A stretch of 64,000 nt of DNA from Chrysomallon squamiferum (GCA_012295275.1 CM022672.1:30504001-30568000), one strand, 5' to 3'; counted from the stretch's first letter, positions 14,966 through 40,020 are shown. A program made the numbers and translations. The notes: generated from the sequence alone by a model not told the origin.

Positions 14966-15280
14966 CAGCTTGAGTGTCCGTTAGCTGAAATTTCGAAATC
15001 CGAAAAGCTCCTAAAAGTTCCGAAATCGGAAACTTTTCCGAGGAGCAGAAATACCGGTATGCATCAGTTTTAGCAGTATTTTGCACATACTAACATTATT
15101 TTATGCCATAAAATTATTAAAAACTGTTTGTATAAGCTGTATATATGAAATTTAGATGGAATTCGTGTTTAGACTTATATCCTATTCTCAGGCCATCTTC
15201 TTATATTCCAAAATTCGAGACATTCTCAAATCCGATACAGTTCCGACCCTGAGCATTTCGAACGAAGAATTCTTAGCCTG
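14966..15280. mobile_element. Tigger/pogo-derived MITE (Tigger4/Zombi-like ends)
   Basis: Degenerate TIRs cagcttgagtgtccgttagctgaaat ... atttcgaacgaagaattcttagcctg|ta, with internal tccgaaa repeats. Ends are related to the CAGGTTGA terminus at 45948. Confidence 0.7.
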
Positions 15281-15379
15281 TAGTTATTTGTTTTTTAAGA
15301 GTTATTTCCCTTCCATTTGGCTCGTTTTATTTATTTATTTATTTATTGTTATTATAATAAAATAAAAATAAAAATAATG

Positions 15380-15462
<83 letters not shown>

Positions 15463-15882
15463 CTTAATACCCTGTAATAACATTCTGATATACATTTTTC
15501 GATTGTTTATTTTCTTTTGTTGTTGTTATTTGTAACATTTTATTTTATTTATTTGTTTATCTTAACAAAAGTGAAGAAAAAGACAAATGTCTACATGGAG
15601 ATAAGAATACATTGTCTAATAAAAAATTTTATGCTTCCGTATTATTATTTGCTGTTATATGTGATCCATCTTCACCCATAACGAAAACTACTAAAATAAA
15701 GTAAGTAAGAAAAGATTTAACGCCGCGATTTAACTATGTCGCTACTGGAATTGTGACGTCATCATAAACTTGATAGATGTAATCATTCGTACAAGACCAG
15801 AAACACTTTACAGAAAATCAGGCCACCTCATACGTGATGACGTCATTACCTAAAACTACCGAGGTTAAAACAAATCTTTTGG

Positions 15883-15940
<58 letters not shown>

Positions 15941-16264
15941 GAAAGAGAAAATAAAACGAAATAAACTTGGACGTATGCCAAAGATATTTATTTAGTTATC
16001 ACTTCGAACAAAAACAAAAACAAAAATTAATAAATAACATCTCCTTCTCTTCGTTATTCTGACTTGCAACGTGCTCGCGAGCGTGTGTATTAGTTTAGTT
16101 TATGTATGATAGACAGAACTACATATTGTTATTAATTAGCAAGTAACATATGTATAAATCCATTCATATGTAATAGTTATAGTATAAAAAATTTAATATC
16201 ATAACAAATCAAGCTGTATTAATCTTACAATTTTATTTTGTTTCAGTGGACTCTCTGACACAAA

Positions 16265-26786
<10,522 letters not shown>

Positions 26787-27014
26787 CTGTGACAAAATAC
26801 AGAACAAATATAGATATACAGATGTATATACATACATACATAAAGATGAAATCTGGTCACAAAAGAAAATGTCACAGACTGAAAAAAGGATAAACATAGC
26901 CTTCCTAAATAAAGAAAAAAGAAAGAAAAATTAATGAAAATAAATTATTGAAAATATTAAACAAACAACCAAAGGAAAATAAATAATTTTAGCTAATAAT
27001 AAAGTATAATTTAC

Positions 27015-27110
27015 CTTCGGATTCCAGATTGTTTAGATCTGTTGTATGAACAAATTCAAAAACTATATATAGGTAAATGGTGAGGATTCTAACACAATGA
27101 CTGGGAAAAA
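27015..27110 (-). promoter_or_regulatory. Putative first exon and core promoter of copy C
   Basis: Homologous to 1351-1445; donor at 27014. Confidence 0.55.
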
Positions 27111-27901
27111 AACACTGACACAGAGAACAGCCAAAATGAATTCAATACGCAAATTTAATTAACTCGCACTGGAGACATCTGTTGTTATATCCAATATTTG
27201 CTTCATATTAAGTTACTCTTGATGAAAAAAGAGATATCGTTGGAAATATTTGAAATTTTGTTTTAATATTCGGGTAAACGTCTCGTTGATATATAATGTT
27301 CAGCATAACAGTTCCAGGATCACTTCACCTTACCATGATATTTGGGTTATTTCCGCATTTCTCCCAACGCTGTGTGTCGTTTGTTTCAGATTTAAATTAA
27401 GTCTGACCTCAGTTGTGAGTAATAAATATCTTGTAATATCTTCATTCAAATGTTCATTCATTCAGTTATTCATATACACAAGAACTACTGCAGTTTCTCA
27501 ACGGAGCCTTTCATTAGTTTCACCCTTCAGTTTTAATTTCTATGACCACGTTATCTTGCTGTCATGAAAACCGATTTAGAATAATTAAAACCTTTGATTC
27601 ATCAATGGTAATTTCAAAAGGTTAGTTTTACAGGGTTCTTTAAATTATTTGTTATGGTATTCAGTCCTACTGAAATTTCTATGACCACATTATAACACTG
27701 TCGTGATAGGCTAAAAACCAAATTAGGATAATTAAAACCTTTGACTGTAACTCACAAATGATAATTTCAAAATGTTACTTTTACAGGATTCTTTAAATGA
27801 CTTGTTATTGTATTCAGGCTTATTGAAATTATGCAAACAATAATAAGATTTTAATCAAGACTATGATGTTTTTAAGAGAATTACTTAAACAAAAACAGTA
27901 A

Positions 27902-27980
<79 letters not shown>

Positions 27981-28644
27981 AAGAAGAATAAACATATCTA
28001 TATATACTTATGTAAGACAAGTGCTTTGTGATGCTTTATATATGTTGCCACCATTAATCTATCACTGTACATTAGTAATCAGAAATAACAATTCCACTTA
28101 CAAGCTGACACTCTCATTCAAAAACAACCACTTACAAACTATATTAAGAACATTTTAATGTTCTTGTTATTAACTGGTTTTTACTAGTTATCTTTGTCAG
28201 GAATGTTTGTTCGTATTTAAAGAGTACCTTTGCTGACAAGTTACATTTCGCATTTTCTTTCTTGCTGTCTAGTGTTAATAATGAAGTATAAAATCAAAAG
28301 AGAATAGTTTTAAAATATCTGGCCGGCACCGTTTTTGCTTTGGAATAGCATTATGATGTAGAGGAGTTAGGTATCTTTTGTTTCCCGAACATCTAAAGGA
28401 ACCACTAGAACTAGTAATTTCACTTAGGCAAAATAACCTGACAAGAGAAACATATACCATAAATTTATTCACTCAGTGAACAGAGTAAAAAATATGGATT
28501 GCCTTTTACACTTAAAAATATGTGACGATTTCCTTCTATACTAGTAAGTGTAAGTGACTTTGATATCAAGATTAGGAATGAATTAATAGAAACATTACCT
28601 TGTCATTTTATAATACTAACAATTGTTTTCTGTCATTCATATTT

Positions 28645-29989
28645 ATGACGTAAATTAACCAATGGGAAAAGAATTAGAGTAAATATATTAAATATCAATA
28701 AATTTAAAAACAAACTTATTCTCTTGCAGTGTGTATCTTAATATAACAATTTGTTATTTTTTTTTATTTTCTCATGAAATGATTAAAATAAAAAGTAAAC
28801 AAATCTCAAAAGAAACAAACACACCATGAAATAAATTACGTGGATAAGACCATCGAACCATAAAGTTTTTTTCTTTTTGGCTTCTTTGTAAATTAAAAAT
28901 ATTCTACAAATATATGTGTTTAAACGTACTGATGTGAAATTAGATTGGATGGGAACTGTACTATGAATTTCTTGAGGGGGAGGGGGCGATAACAGATTTC
29001 AAATATAGTTAATGTTTTATAAATATACTCTTTATGCAATAACATATATATATATATATATATATAATCGCAGGGACGCATTAATTCTACTTCACTCATT
29101 AAAGATAACCCTTTTTCAAAGTATATTTTTGACTTTGATATATTATTAATAATACATATGTAAGGATATGACTGAATTAAATGTATTAATACGGTTATGA
29201 AGAGTTTCTTTATTATCGAAAACAGCTTTAGATTTAAAACAGCATTTTGTCATGCTCCCCGATTCGCTATTGTCCCATAACTCGATTATCAAAATCGAAA
29301 GAATATTATCTTTTGTTAGTGAATTATAAATAGCCATTAATAATTACTATTAAATACCACAAGGAAAAAACATTATTTTTTTCAACGCCTACTGTCAAAC
29401 CATTATGGATAGTTTTAAATGTGAAATGTGTTGCTAATGTGCCATATCTGTTAAAAGAAATATCAGCAACAAACAAATGTTTATTTTGACTGCGGTCACC
29501 AGAGCAGTACAAAACATTTTAGACGCCACTGAAATCCAATGTTTGCTGCTTTTAAACATGGATCAGTACTAGATTTTATGGATGATGCAAACTTTATACA
29601 TAGAAACTGTAAACAGTGAGCCCAGCTGTTGAACGCTATTGTGTGTTTTAATAGTATTTGATTGCATTTAATAGTAGTAGAAGAGGCAGGCTGAATACCA
29701 TATTGATGTTATGACTACCTTTTGTACTTTTGTAATAATCCTTGCATCCAGGTTTTAGTCCATACTGACATCCATTACTCGTGCTAGGTTTAAAGGCTTC
29801 ATTGTTCTAGCAGGATAGAATGATATATGTTTGAACTGAAAGAGACGATGCTGTTGTTGTCATTGGCGTTGATGCTGTCATTCGTGTTGTTGTTGCTGAT
29901 ATTGTTGGTGTTTTCGTTCTATCTTCTTTGGCTGTTATAAAATAAATAAATAAAACAATTCTGATGACAATAATGAGTAAAACATAAAT
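28645..29989 (-). other. Inverted insertion (unit-flank sequence plus an exon relic)
   Basis: About 28650-29670 is the reverse complement of the 3370-4175 / 11450-12335 type sequence. It is flanked by the direct repeat aattg(t/a)tttctgtcattcatat at about 28621 and 29990. Confidence 0.8.
29728..29931 (-). pseudogene. Orphan Thr-rich exon relic from the fibrinogen-domain gene
   Basis: 204 nt, ag...gt bounded: KEDRTKTPTISATTTRMTASTPMTTTASSLSVQTYIILSC*NNEAFKPSTSNGCQYGLKPGCKDYYK. Homologous to 49167-49371 on the plus strand. Confidence 0.65.
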
Positions 29990-30823
29990 AATTGATTTCT
30001 GTCATTCATATATGCACATTTGTATATTTATGTACAGACACATGTAGTAACGTTTATCATAATATGAGGTGCTGCTTCAGGTCTCGTGAGAAAGGTGAAG
30101 AGAATCAGTCCTTTAACCATCTGTTGCTTTGGCCATCATCTCCGTTTCAGCTTTGGACCGTTTATCAGTGTTAAGATTTTGATATTTGAAACCTCAAACT
30201 CCATTTAGTATTGATCCATTCTTCAACGTTGCAAACATTAAGAAACAGTATCTATCATTGTTTAAAGGACACGGAACTTAAGGTGTTACTGAAATAAAAT
30301 ATTTTGTGAAATCTCTTTAAAACTGACATTTGAGCAATTTCGTTGTCAATTATTTAATGCATTCGGTCAAAATACACAATAGCGTTCAACAGCTGGGTTC
30401 AATGTTTACAGTTTCTATGAGAGATACTGCATAAACTTTGCATCATCCATAAACTCAGGTCAGATCAAGGATTTCAGGACCGTGTCTAAAATGTTATGTA
30501 CTGCTCTGGTGAATGCAGTCATATTAAATATTTGTTTTTTTAACAGACATGGAACATTAGCAACAAATTTCAGATCTTAAAGGTATCCAGAATGGTTTGA
30601 CATTAAACTTTGAAAAATATTAAGAAATTTTCCTCATTGTATTTATTAATGACTATTTATAATGCACTAACAAAATATAATATTCTTTCGATTTTGATAA
30701 TCCAGTTATGGAAGAATCGCTAATTGCGGAATATGACAAAGTGCTCTTTTAAATAAAAAAAAAAACTCTTCATAACTGTATTAATTAATTTAATTCAGAC
30801 ATAATCCTTACATATGTATTATC

Positions 30824-31023
30824 NNNNNNNNNNNNNNNNNNNNNNNNNNNNNNNNNNNNNNNNNNNNNNNNNNNNNNNNNNNNNNNNNNNNNNNNNNNNN
30901 NNNNNNNNNNNNNNNNNNNNNNNNNNNNNNNNNNNNNNNNNNNNNNNNNNNNNNNNNNNNNNNNNNNNNNNNNNNNNNNNNNNNNNNNNNNNNNNNNNNN
31001 NNNNNNNNNNNNNNNNNNNNNNN
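30824..31023. other. Assembly gap (200 N)
   Basis: Run of exactly 200 N, probably a placeholder length. Confidence 0.99.
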
Positions 31024-32727
31024 GATTAACGTTATTTGAAATGTCAAAATACTTTTCTTTTTTTTCTTTTTTAATATAGCAGGAAGTCAGTTCATTATTA
31101 ATTTCATTATGTTTTCGTAGATTTTTGGGATGATGATGCTTATAAAAGTATGAAGTAGGGAACCTTCCAGAGGCAGATTTTAAAAAATAAAATTCAACAT
31201 GTTTATTATTATATTTATTTATTAATTTAATTTATATTTTTTATTATTATTTGTTTATTTCTTTGTCTTTTTTACATCTTATTTTATTTCTTGGGGGGGG
31301 GGCTTTTTTTATTCAATTATTGTTATTATTTTTCAATTAATCTTATGTTTCTTGGGTGTTTTTTTTTTTTTTGCTGAGTGGTTCTACTTGCCTCTTTTAC
31401 TAATGGAAACTAATCCGAGTATTGTATTCTTCTCTTGACTTTCCACTTATTGTGCACATCTCACCCAATTCAACTGAGAGATCTTATTAATAATGTTTCA
31501 AGTCAAATAACAGCAACGTGTTAATTCTGATTCAGAGTTACAGTTCCTGTAATTCATAATTTGAATTTACCTACAAAAATAATTATATGTAGCAATCTGT
31601 TTTTCTGTCTGTATTTATATATAGTGCAATATGCATTTTGATTCAGTGTAGTAGTTCTTGTAAATCATAATTTAAGTATATAAACAGAAATAATTATATC
31701 TGTTTATCCATTTATGTCTTACTATATTTATAGATATATTAATAGGCAGTTTTATTTAAAATAATGTCTAATGGAAAATTGGATTGATGTGAATGATGGC
31801 CCTAAAATATTTCTAAATGTCTATATACTTAATTAATCTTGCTTTAAAGATCTGATATATATAATTAAATTAGTATTCAGTCAAAACAGAATAAATCACG
31901 AAGAAAGATTATCAATAACAACATTTTAACTTTGGTGGTTTATTTAGTTCACACAGCTTTTGATTCATTAAAATTAACCTTGTATGAACAGATTGCTGAA
32001 TTAGCAATAACTAATAAATGTTCTTGTTATTCTTTTTGTAATTACTATTTTCAACTTGTGCCATCTTTTCCAAAACCAAAATATATAAAATCTGGTTGAG
32101 TTGACGAAACTTGCCTGTTGTTGAACAATTCACCTCAGATGAAGAATATGAAGAGAGGATTATTTTACTGCTGAACATTAAGTAGATTATTATTCTACTT
32201 CATGCTGAGTGAGATCACTACCTAATTCTTCAAAACATATCTCTTTACTATAATAAGAATTATAAATATTAAACTTTATATCAAAATATTAATTTGATCC
32301 ACAGAAGTGGGAAATACTGTTGTTATAATAATGTTGAAAACGTGATACAGATATTTCATTAACCATAGACAATATTTTCAATAATATCATAATAAAGAAA
32401 TAAAGCACAAAATATGCTTACATACAAACACATAATTAACCAATTAAAATAATTTGAAAAAAAGTATTTGATTTGTTCCTCTTATTAACTTTTTCATGCT
32501 ACAGATATTTCATTAAACATGGGAAATATTTTAAACAAAATCATAATAAAAAAATAAAGTAACCAATAAAAATACTTTTTAAAAAAGTATTTTATTTGTG
32601 GCTCTTATTATTAATTTTTTAATATTTTATTTCTTCCATTTCACCTAGTTACTTCATATCATAAAATAATGTCAAGCTGTATTAATCTTACATTTTTATT
32701 TTCTTTCAGTGAACTCGCTGACAAAAT

Positions 32728-35489
32728 TTAGCATGTACCAACTGAACATGTTGATTTTTTTGTGTCCCAGACAGATCCTGGTGGACAAACAAGCTCGTAA
32801 ACCACACCATGGATACACTGGACGAAATGACGACAAGTCTTTCCAGCCATGAGGACAACTCCTACTTTAGGACAGTCATCTGAAAAGGATGATGGTCAGC
32901 AATAAATGCCTGTAATAATCATCATCATCAGACCTATGTCAATCACTGACAAACATTTTGTTAATATATGTTATTAACATCTGCAAATAGAAAATGCTAC
33001 AATTTTAATAATCTCGGACTGTTTAATTTATAATTACTAAAGAATATTAAAATTATTGTTTAATATTAAGAAAATGAAACAGAACACTCAGGGATGTATG
33101 CATGGATGTGTGTACGTATATAATGAAATTATTAAAACATTTCTGATTATAATCTTGTTAGCTATTAAAGTTTTACACTCAGATTTAATTTTTCTATCTC
33201 CATTAACTACTAACAACCACAGTTCTGTGTGTTACAGGGAACATCTTTCACTTCAGTTGTTTCTCCTTCACATGACTTTCCACCATTTTTTGGAGCAGGA
33301 TTGTCACATGTTCTGCTTCTTGACTGCTTTTTGTATCCTGTTCCACACACTTTTGAACATTCAGTAACATTCTTCCATTCCGACCAAGTACTCCAACCAC
33401 CATCAACTGTTAATAATATAAATATGTGTTTATATGTGACCACTGCATTGAAAACAAGTAACATTAAAATGTAGATTAAACCTTTGTTGATCCCCAGATC
33501 AGTCTATTTCGTTATGTATTTCTAGAAACTTAATCATCAAAAATCTTAATGGTAGTTAAGTGATGGCAAAAATAATAGTTTGACTTTAACTGTCCTATAA
33601 GAAAAATTATAATTTAGTTTCAAAACATCTGTTTTGAAGATATTCAAAAGACACATCACAAATTATCAACTCTTGCAGCTAGTAATATTCTAAACTAAAT
33701 AATTAATTATTAAAATGTTTTATGCTTTATGAACTTCAACACTTCATTTTCTAAAAAGTGCTGTCTACTGAAAATAGTGGATAAGTCTATATTAAATTAC
33801 TTGGACATGGTTGCAGATTACAGCTGTATGTTTCGTTTTCAGTTTTGGATCCATAGCACGAATGTCCACCATAGGCAGGCACTGGATTAGTGCAAGTTCT
33901 GCTCCTGATTCCCGCACGTTTTCCACCTCCACAAGTTTTGCTGCATTCATCGTATGACCAATCTGACCAAGATGTCCACCCACCAGCCACTGCAAAATAA
34001 AGAGTATGTTAGAATTTACGAGTGAAGAATCAGATGAAGCCAAGAAAAGACTATTCTGTTGACAGATTATTTTAGGGTCATTTATTTAATTACTTATATA
34101 TTTACACTGAATCTTATGTACTAATTCATATATGAGCTTGCCTACTTATATCTTATTAATTCATTTATATACTTATGTAATAAATTAATCCTTAGATACT
34201 TACGTAGATATATATTTATTTACTATCATATCTTTTTGTCCACTTACATATCTATACACTAATATAAACCTTTAGTAGGTATTTCCTTATATTCATAATC
34301 ACAAATTTATTTATTTGCTTTTGTACATGCTTACTTTCAGATTTACATATATACTTGCATACGTATATGTATATATATATATATTCCAACTAAAACGTTT
34401 TCTAATACACCCATAGGTGTGCAAATTAATAGAATATTAATGTAGAGACACCTGTACTCGTTTATTTATTATGAGACAGAAAATTAAAATTTATATGAGG
34501 TTTTCGAAGAATGTGGCCTTCAAAATTAACCAAGGACATGCGCTATATAATTTTTATATTACTGACATTAATATAACACTCACCTCCACATCTGTGTATA
34601 TTGCAAATCACTTTCCGTGTCTCGAAACTGGACCCCTTACAGTAACTTCCACCATGTTGAGGTAATGGATTTGTACACGATCTAGTCCTGTCCTGCTGTT
34701 TGATTCCAGATCCACATGGCCTAGAACAGTCACTGGTGTCAACCCAGGAAGACCAGCTGCTCCAGCCACCATTAACTAATCATAAATAAGATATTCAAGT
34801 TGATAACAAATGTAAATTTCGCCTCATATTATGTCGTAGGAAGTAAGAACTTCAATTTGCCCACTGCGCTATTTCCCATTTCTGCAGCTACCTCATGACG
34901 TATTTATCAAATACACTGGTATGTGTTTTTCTAACAACAAAAATGTAAAGCATTTAAACGATTATTCATGGTTATTCAGTGAAAAGTGGTGACTGAAGTA
35001 TTTTCTGTTCTTTCCTTCTACTTTTTTTTTTATCTTCAACTGACAAAAAATAAATGGCAGACATTAAACAAAAGTTCAATATACTGGATTTTCCTCCTAA
35101 AAAAGCACAACTAAATGCAACTATTAAATAAAACAAGAGTTGATTAATGCTATATATTTGAAGATTTTTCCAAGACTATATCATATTTTCTAGAGAAGCT
35201 AAAGTAAAGACAAACCATTTACAGTTTATCAGATTTGTAAATTTTTTATTAGTTTGTGAAAAACTGATGTTAATAAATTCTGAAGCAGCAAGATACTCAA
35301 ACAAGTTCTCAGAAATTTGAAAATTACAACAAAAGACTAATATTGTTGAGTTTTACGTACTTTCAGATTCTGGTCTACAACCGGTTATGTTGTTGGGTTA
35401 TACTTACTAGGATGCTTTCGCCCCCAAATCCACCCGGCTTCAGTAAAGACCAATAATACACATACGATTAACAGAGTAAATAGTTTCAT
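32728..35489 (-). CDS. Copy D: secreted protein with 3 TSRs and a chitin-binding domain, 268 aa
   Basis: Exons 35408-35489 ([27 protein letters not shown]), 34584-34775, 33801-33989, 33215-33406 and 32728-32879 ([49 protein letters not shown]). All phase 1 and open. Confidence 0.9.
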
Positions 35490-35777
35490 CTATGAGAAAA
35501 ACAGAAAGAAAATATAGAGATACAGATATATATACACACATATATAGTACTAGAGACAAACAAATACTCACAAACATATATAAAGATGAAATCTAGTCAC
35601 AAAAAGAAATGCAACAGCCTTTGAAATATCTTCCAACATCTTTGAAAAAAAGGATAAACATAGCCACCCAAAAAAATAAAAAATAAAAATAAATTAATGA
35701 AAATAAATTATTAAAAATATTAAACAAAGAACGAAAGCAACATAAATAATTTTAGCTAAAAGTAAAGTATGATTTAC

Positions 35778-35860
35778 CTTCGGATTCCGGATTGTTTGGA
35801 TCTGTTAAAAACTACATATAGATAAATGGTGAGGATTGTAACACAATGACTGGGAACACA
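35778..35860 (-). promoter_or_regulatory. Putative first exon and core promoter of copy D (14-nt deletion)
   Basis: Homologous block with donor at 35777; lacks gaatgtacaaattt found in copy B. Confidence 0.5.
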
Positions 35861-36343
35861 CACTGACACAGAGAACAGCCAAAATGAAATTAATATACAA
35901 ATTTAATTAACTGGCACTGGAGACATCTGTTGTTATATCAAATATTTGCTTTATATTAAGTTACTCTTGATGAAAAAGAGATATCGTTGGAAATATTTAA
36001 AATTTTGTTTTAATATTCAAATAAATGTCTCGTGGACATATAAAGTTTAGCAAAACAGTTCCAGGATCACTTCACCTAACTATGATATTTGGGTTATTTT
36101 CCCGCTGTGTTGTCTCTTTCAGATCAACAGTATGTTAAAAAATTAAGTTTGACCCCAATTGTCAGTAATACAATTTTGGTAATCTCTTCATACAAATACT
36201 CATTCCTATAATTATTCATATGAACAGGAACTACTACAGTTTCTCAACACAGTCTTTCATTGGTTTCACTCTTCGGTTTTAATTTCTATCACCACGTTAT
36301 CTTGCTGTTATCTACTTAAGATAACTACTTAAAAACAATAAAC

Positions 36344-36417
<74 letters not shown>

Positions 36418-39400
36418 AAGAAGAAGAAGAAGAAATATATCTATATATATTTATGTAAGACGTGCTTTGTGATGCTTTATACATGTTGCCACCATTAATC
36501 TATCACTGTACATTAGTAATCAGAAATAACAATTCCACTCACAAGCTGTCAGTCTCATTCCATAAATTATATACCATAAATTTATTCACTCAGTGAACAG
36601 AGTAAACAATATGGATTGCCTTTTACACTTAAAAATATGTGACGATTTGCTTGTACACTAGTAAATGTAAGTGACTTTGGTATCAAGATTAGGAATGAAT
36701 TAATAGAAACAGTACCTTGTCATTTTATGATACTAACAATTGTTTTCAGTCATTCATATATACATATTTGTATATTTATGTACAGACACATGTAATAATG
36801 TTTATCATGAGGTGCTGCTTCAGGTCTCGTGAGAAAGGTGAAGAGAATCAGTCCTTTGACCATCTGTTGCTTTGGCCATCATCTCCCTTTCAGCGTTGCT
36901 CAGTTTAACAGTGTTAAACTTTTGATATTTGAAACCTCAAACTACATCTAGTATTGATCCATTCTTCAACGTTGCAAATATTAACAAACAGTATCTATCA
37001 TTGTTTAAAGGACACGGAAATTAAGGTGTTACGGAAATAAAATATTTTGTGAAATCTCTTTAAAACTGACATTTGAGAAATTTCGTTGTCAATCATTTAA
37101 TGCAATCAGTCAAGAACAGACAATAGCGTTCAACAGCTGGGCTCACTGTTTACAGTTTCCATGAGAGATAATGCATAAACTTTTCATCATCCATAAACTC
37201 AGGTCAGATCAAGGATTTCGGGACCGTGTCTGAAATGTTATGTACTGCTCTGGTGACTGCAGTCAAATTAAATATTTGTTTGCTGCTGATGTTTCTTCTA
37301 ACAGAAATGGAACATTAGCAACAAATTTCACATATTAAAGTTATCCAGAATGGTTTGACATTAAACTTTAAAAAATATTAAGAAATTTTCCTCATGGAAT
37401 TTAATAGTAATTTTTAATGACCATTTATAATTCACTAACAAAAGATAATATTCTTTCGATTTTGATAATTCAGTTATGGCCGAATCGCTGATCGCGGGAT
37501 ATGACGAAATGTTGTTTTAAATAATAAAGAAACTCTTTATAACTGTATTAATTAATTTAATTCAGGCATAATCCTTATATATGTATTATTACTAATGTAA
37601 CAAAATCAAAATCATTGCATAAAGAGTATATTTATATAAAATTAACTATATTTGATATCTGTTATCGCCCCCTCCCCCTCAAGACATACACAGTACGGTT
37701 CCCATCCAATCTAATTTTACAGCTGTACATTTAAACATACATATTTTAAATTTAGAAAGAAGCAAAAAGAAATTAAAATTAACTTAAATTAAAAATTAAA
37801 AATTAAAAAAAAAGAATTAAAAAGAGAAATATGAAAGAAAATATATGGAATGAAGCTGTTATCGACGTAATTTATTTCATGGGTGTTTTTGTTACTTTTG
37901 AGATCTTTTAACTTTTTGTTTTAATAATCTGATGAGAAAATTAAAACAAATTTAATTTTTTATTTTAATATACATGCAGCAAGGGAACAAGTTTGTTTTT
38001 GAGTTTAGCCATATTTAAAATATTTATTCTAATTCTTTTTCCCATTGGTAAACATACGTGATAAATCAAACAGTATATGTCCGCTGTCATAGGCTACCAG
38101 GATATACTGCGATGTCTTTCTCCCTTTAGGTGACATCTCGGCATAGAGCAACACGTGTATGACATTGTTGTAAATTAAACAGGATCTTCTCGTTGTTAGC
38201 AATGGTTTTGTTGTAAACAATGTAATCACTGGACCAGTACAGATTCAGCAACCTATCCAACGGCAGATAACTCACAACTTCCCATCATACATTTGCTTTT
38301 TATTCTACTGGCGTTAAAGAACATTGCTTTGGTTATGCATTGTATAGTGTACATCTATGTGCAGGCCTACTATACACGCCTACATAAGGGCCTCCAAAAA
38401 ACAATTAGCTAATGTGAATGTTATATGTTAAATTAACGAACCGAACTCGTATCGTCCAATCTCGCGTGTGTAATCAAATACACAGTTCTATAATATTATG
38501 TATGTGTTGAATAATCATAAACTTTAATAAATAAAATACCATATATTTTTTTTATTTTTTTTATTTTATGAGATGTTATAGACATAATGGTTTACACGCA
38601 CACATACACACACGTACTTAATACATGTTAAAATTAAAACAGTGTCATAGTTATTTTATTAAACATTATGATGATTAATCAAAATAAATACAATATGTAG
38701 ACATCTGCATAGATCTACATAGAAACATAAACTGAAAAAGGTACATGAACTCAAATCAGAACTCAAATATAGGCACACTACATATATTTTCTCAAATTTT
38801 AAAACGAATTTACATGAGTAAGGCCATTTATAATATCCGTTATTGGCCAAAGTTTAAAGTTACTGGCTCTGATAAGGTCAAAATCAATATTAGATGTCGA
38901 AACTCGCCTGCATCTTGTCAATGAGTGCTCGGCTGTGACACCTGTCAATCAAATGTCCGGCGGAAATGTCGGTGTAAACAGATAATGACAGTTCACAAAA
39001 TTATTTACTCGTAGTTTTCATCGCTTTGAATTCCACAGTGTAGAGCTGAGTTAGAATAAGAACTTAAATGCCACTTGTTTCACTGAGATCCGATAAACAG
39101 ATTCATTAAAATAAAATAAACAAAATAAAACGAGAAACGACATTTGAAAGTACAGGATTGTCTGCCCCTCAGAGGAAAGTGGGAGGGATGAATGGATTGA
39201 CTATTTAGCGTGGAGGTCACTCAGTGATAAGGTATAATGCTAGGGTCAAATGGATAAGTTCAGTGAGGACAAATAAAAGACAAAAAATATTTTGTAAAGT
39301 ATCTTGACTATTTTCAGAAAACAAACGCGTTACAAAAATTATCATCGGAAAGAAAAATGTTTCGTCTTTTTAACAACAATAGAAGTGCAACTTAAAGCAA

Positions 39401-40020
39401 CTACACGAACTCGTTGCTATCGTGTTTTCTGCCGAACGGCGGATTAATTGATGGCCACTGAGGCCGGTTCACTCCCGAGTCTGGAAACGACTGACGAAGC
39501 CGTTTCTTCTCAGCAACCAGAATCTCCTGAACTCTTGGTATGATTTATTCTGGTTTATCAAAGAAAGTCAACGCAAATATACTTTGCAGAGTTATCAGAA
39601 AAATTAGAGTGAATACTTACATCTCTTGTTATGATTTATTCTGGTTTAACAAAGAAAGTCTTGCTTCAGAATCTTGCAACTGTACGCAAACAGCTCTCAA
39701 GCTATTTGAATGACAAGTTTGTATTTGTTTTATAATTGAAAACAAGATAAAAAGATGTACAATTATAGTTAGGAATCATCCTAATTATAGTTAGGAATAA
39801 ATGTATTTTGAGTCCACCAAAAACTACATATTTTCTTTTTGATGTAATTAAAGATATTAATTTTAAAGATAATGAATAAAAAGGTAAACAAAATGTTTTC
39901 TGTTCTTAGTACCATATCTCTGTCTCATTTTCCATTTTCTTCTTTTATTTATTACATCTTTATCTTCTTCAGAAATGAATTAATTTGTTTGCATGTTTGG
40001 AAGACACAATAATTTCATGA

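Noticed and set aside
28275-28472. ORF MNKFMVYVSLVRLFCLSEITSS... as a small secreted peptide
   Set aside because: GTG start, indels in the paralogous segments, and no recognisable motif.
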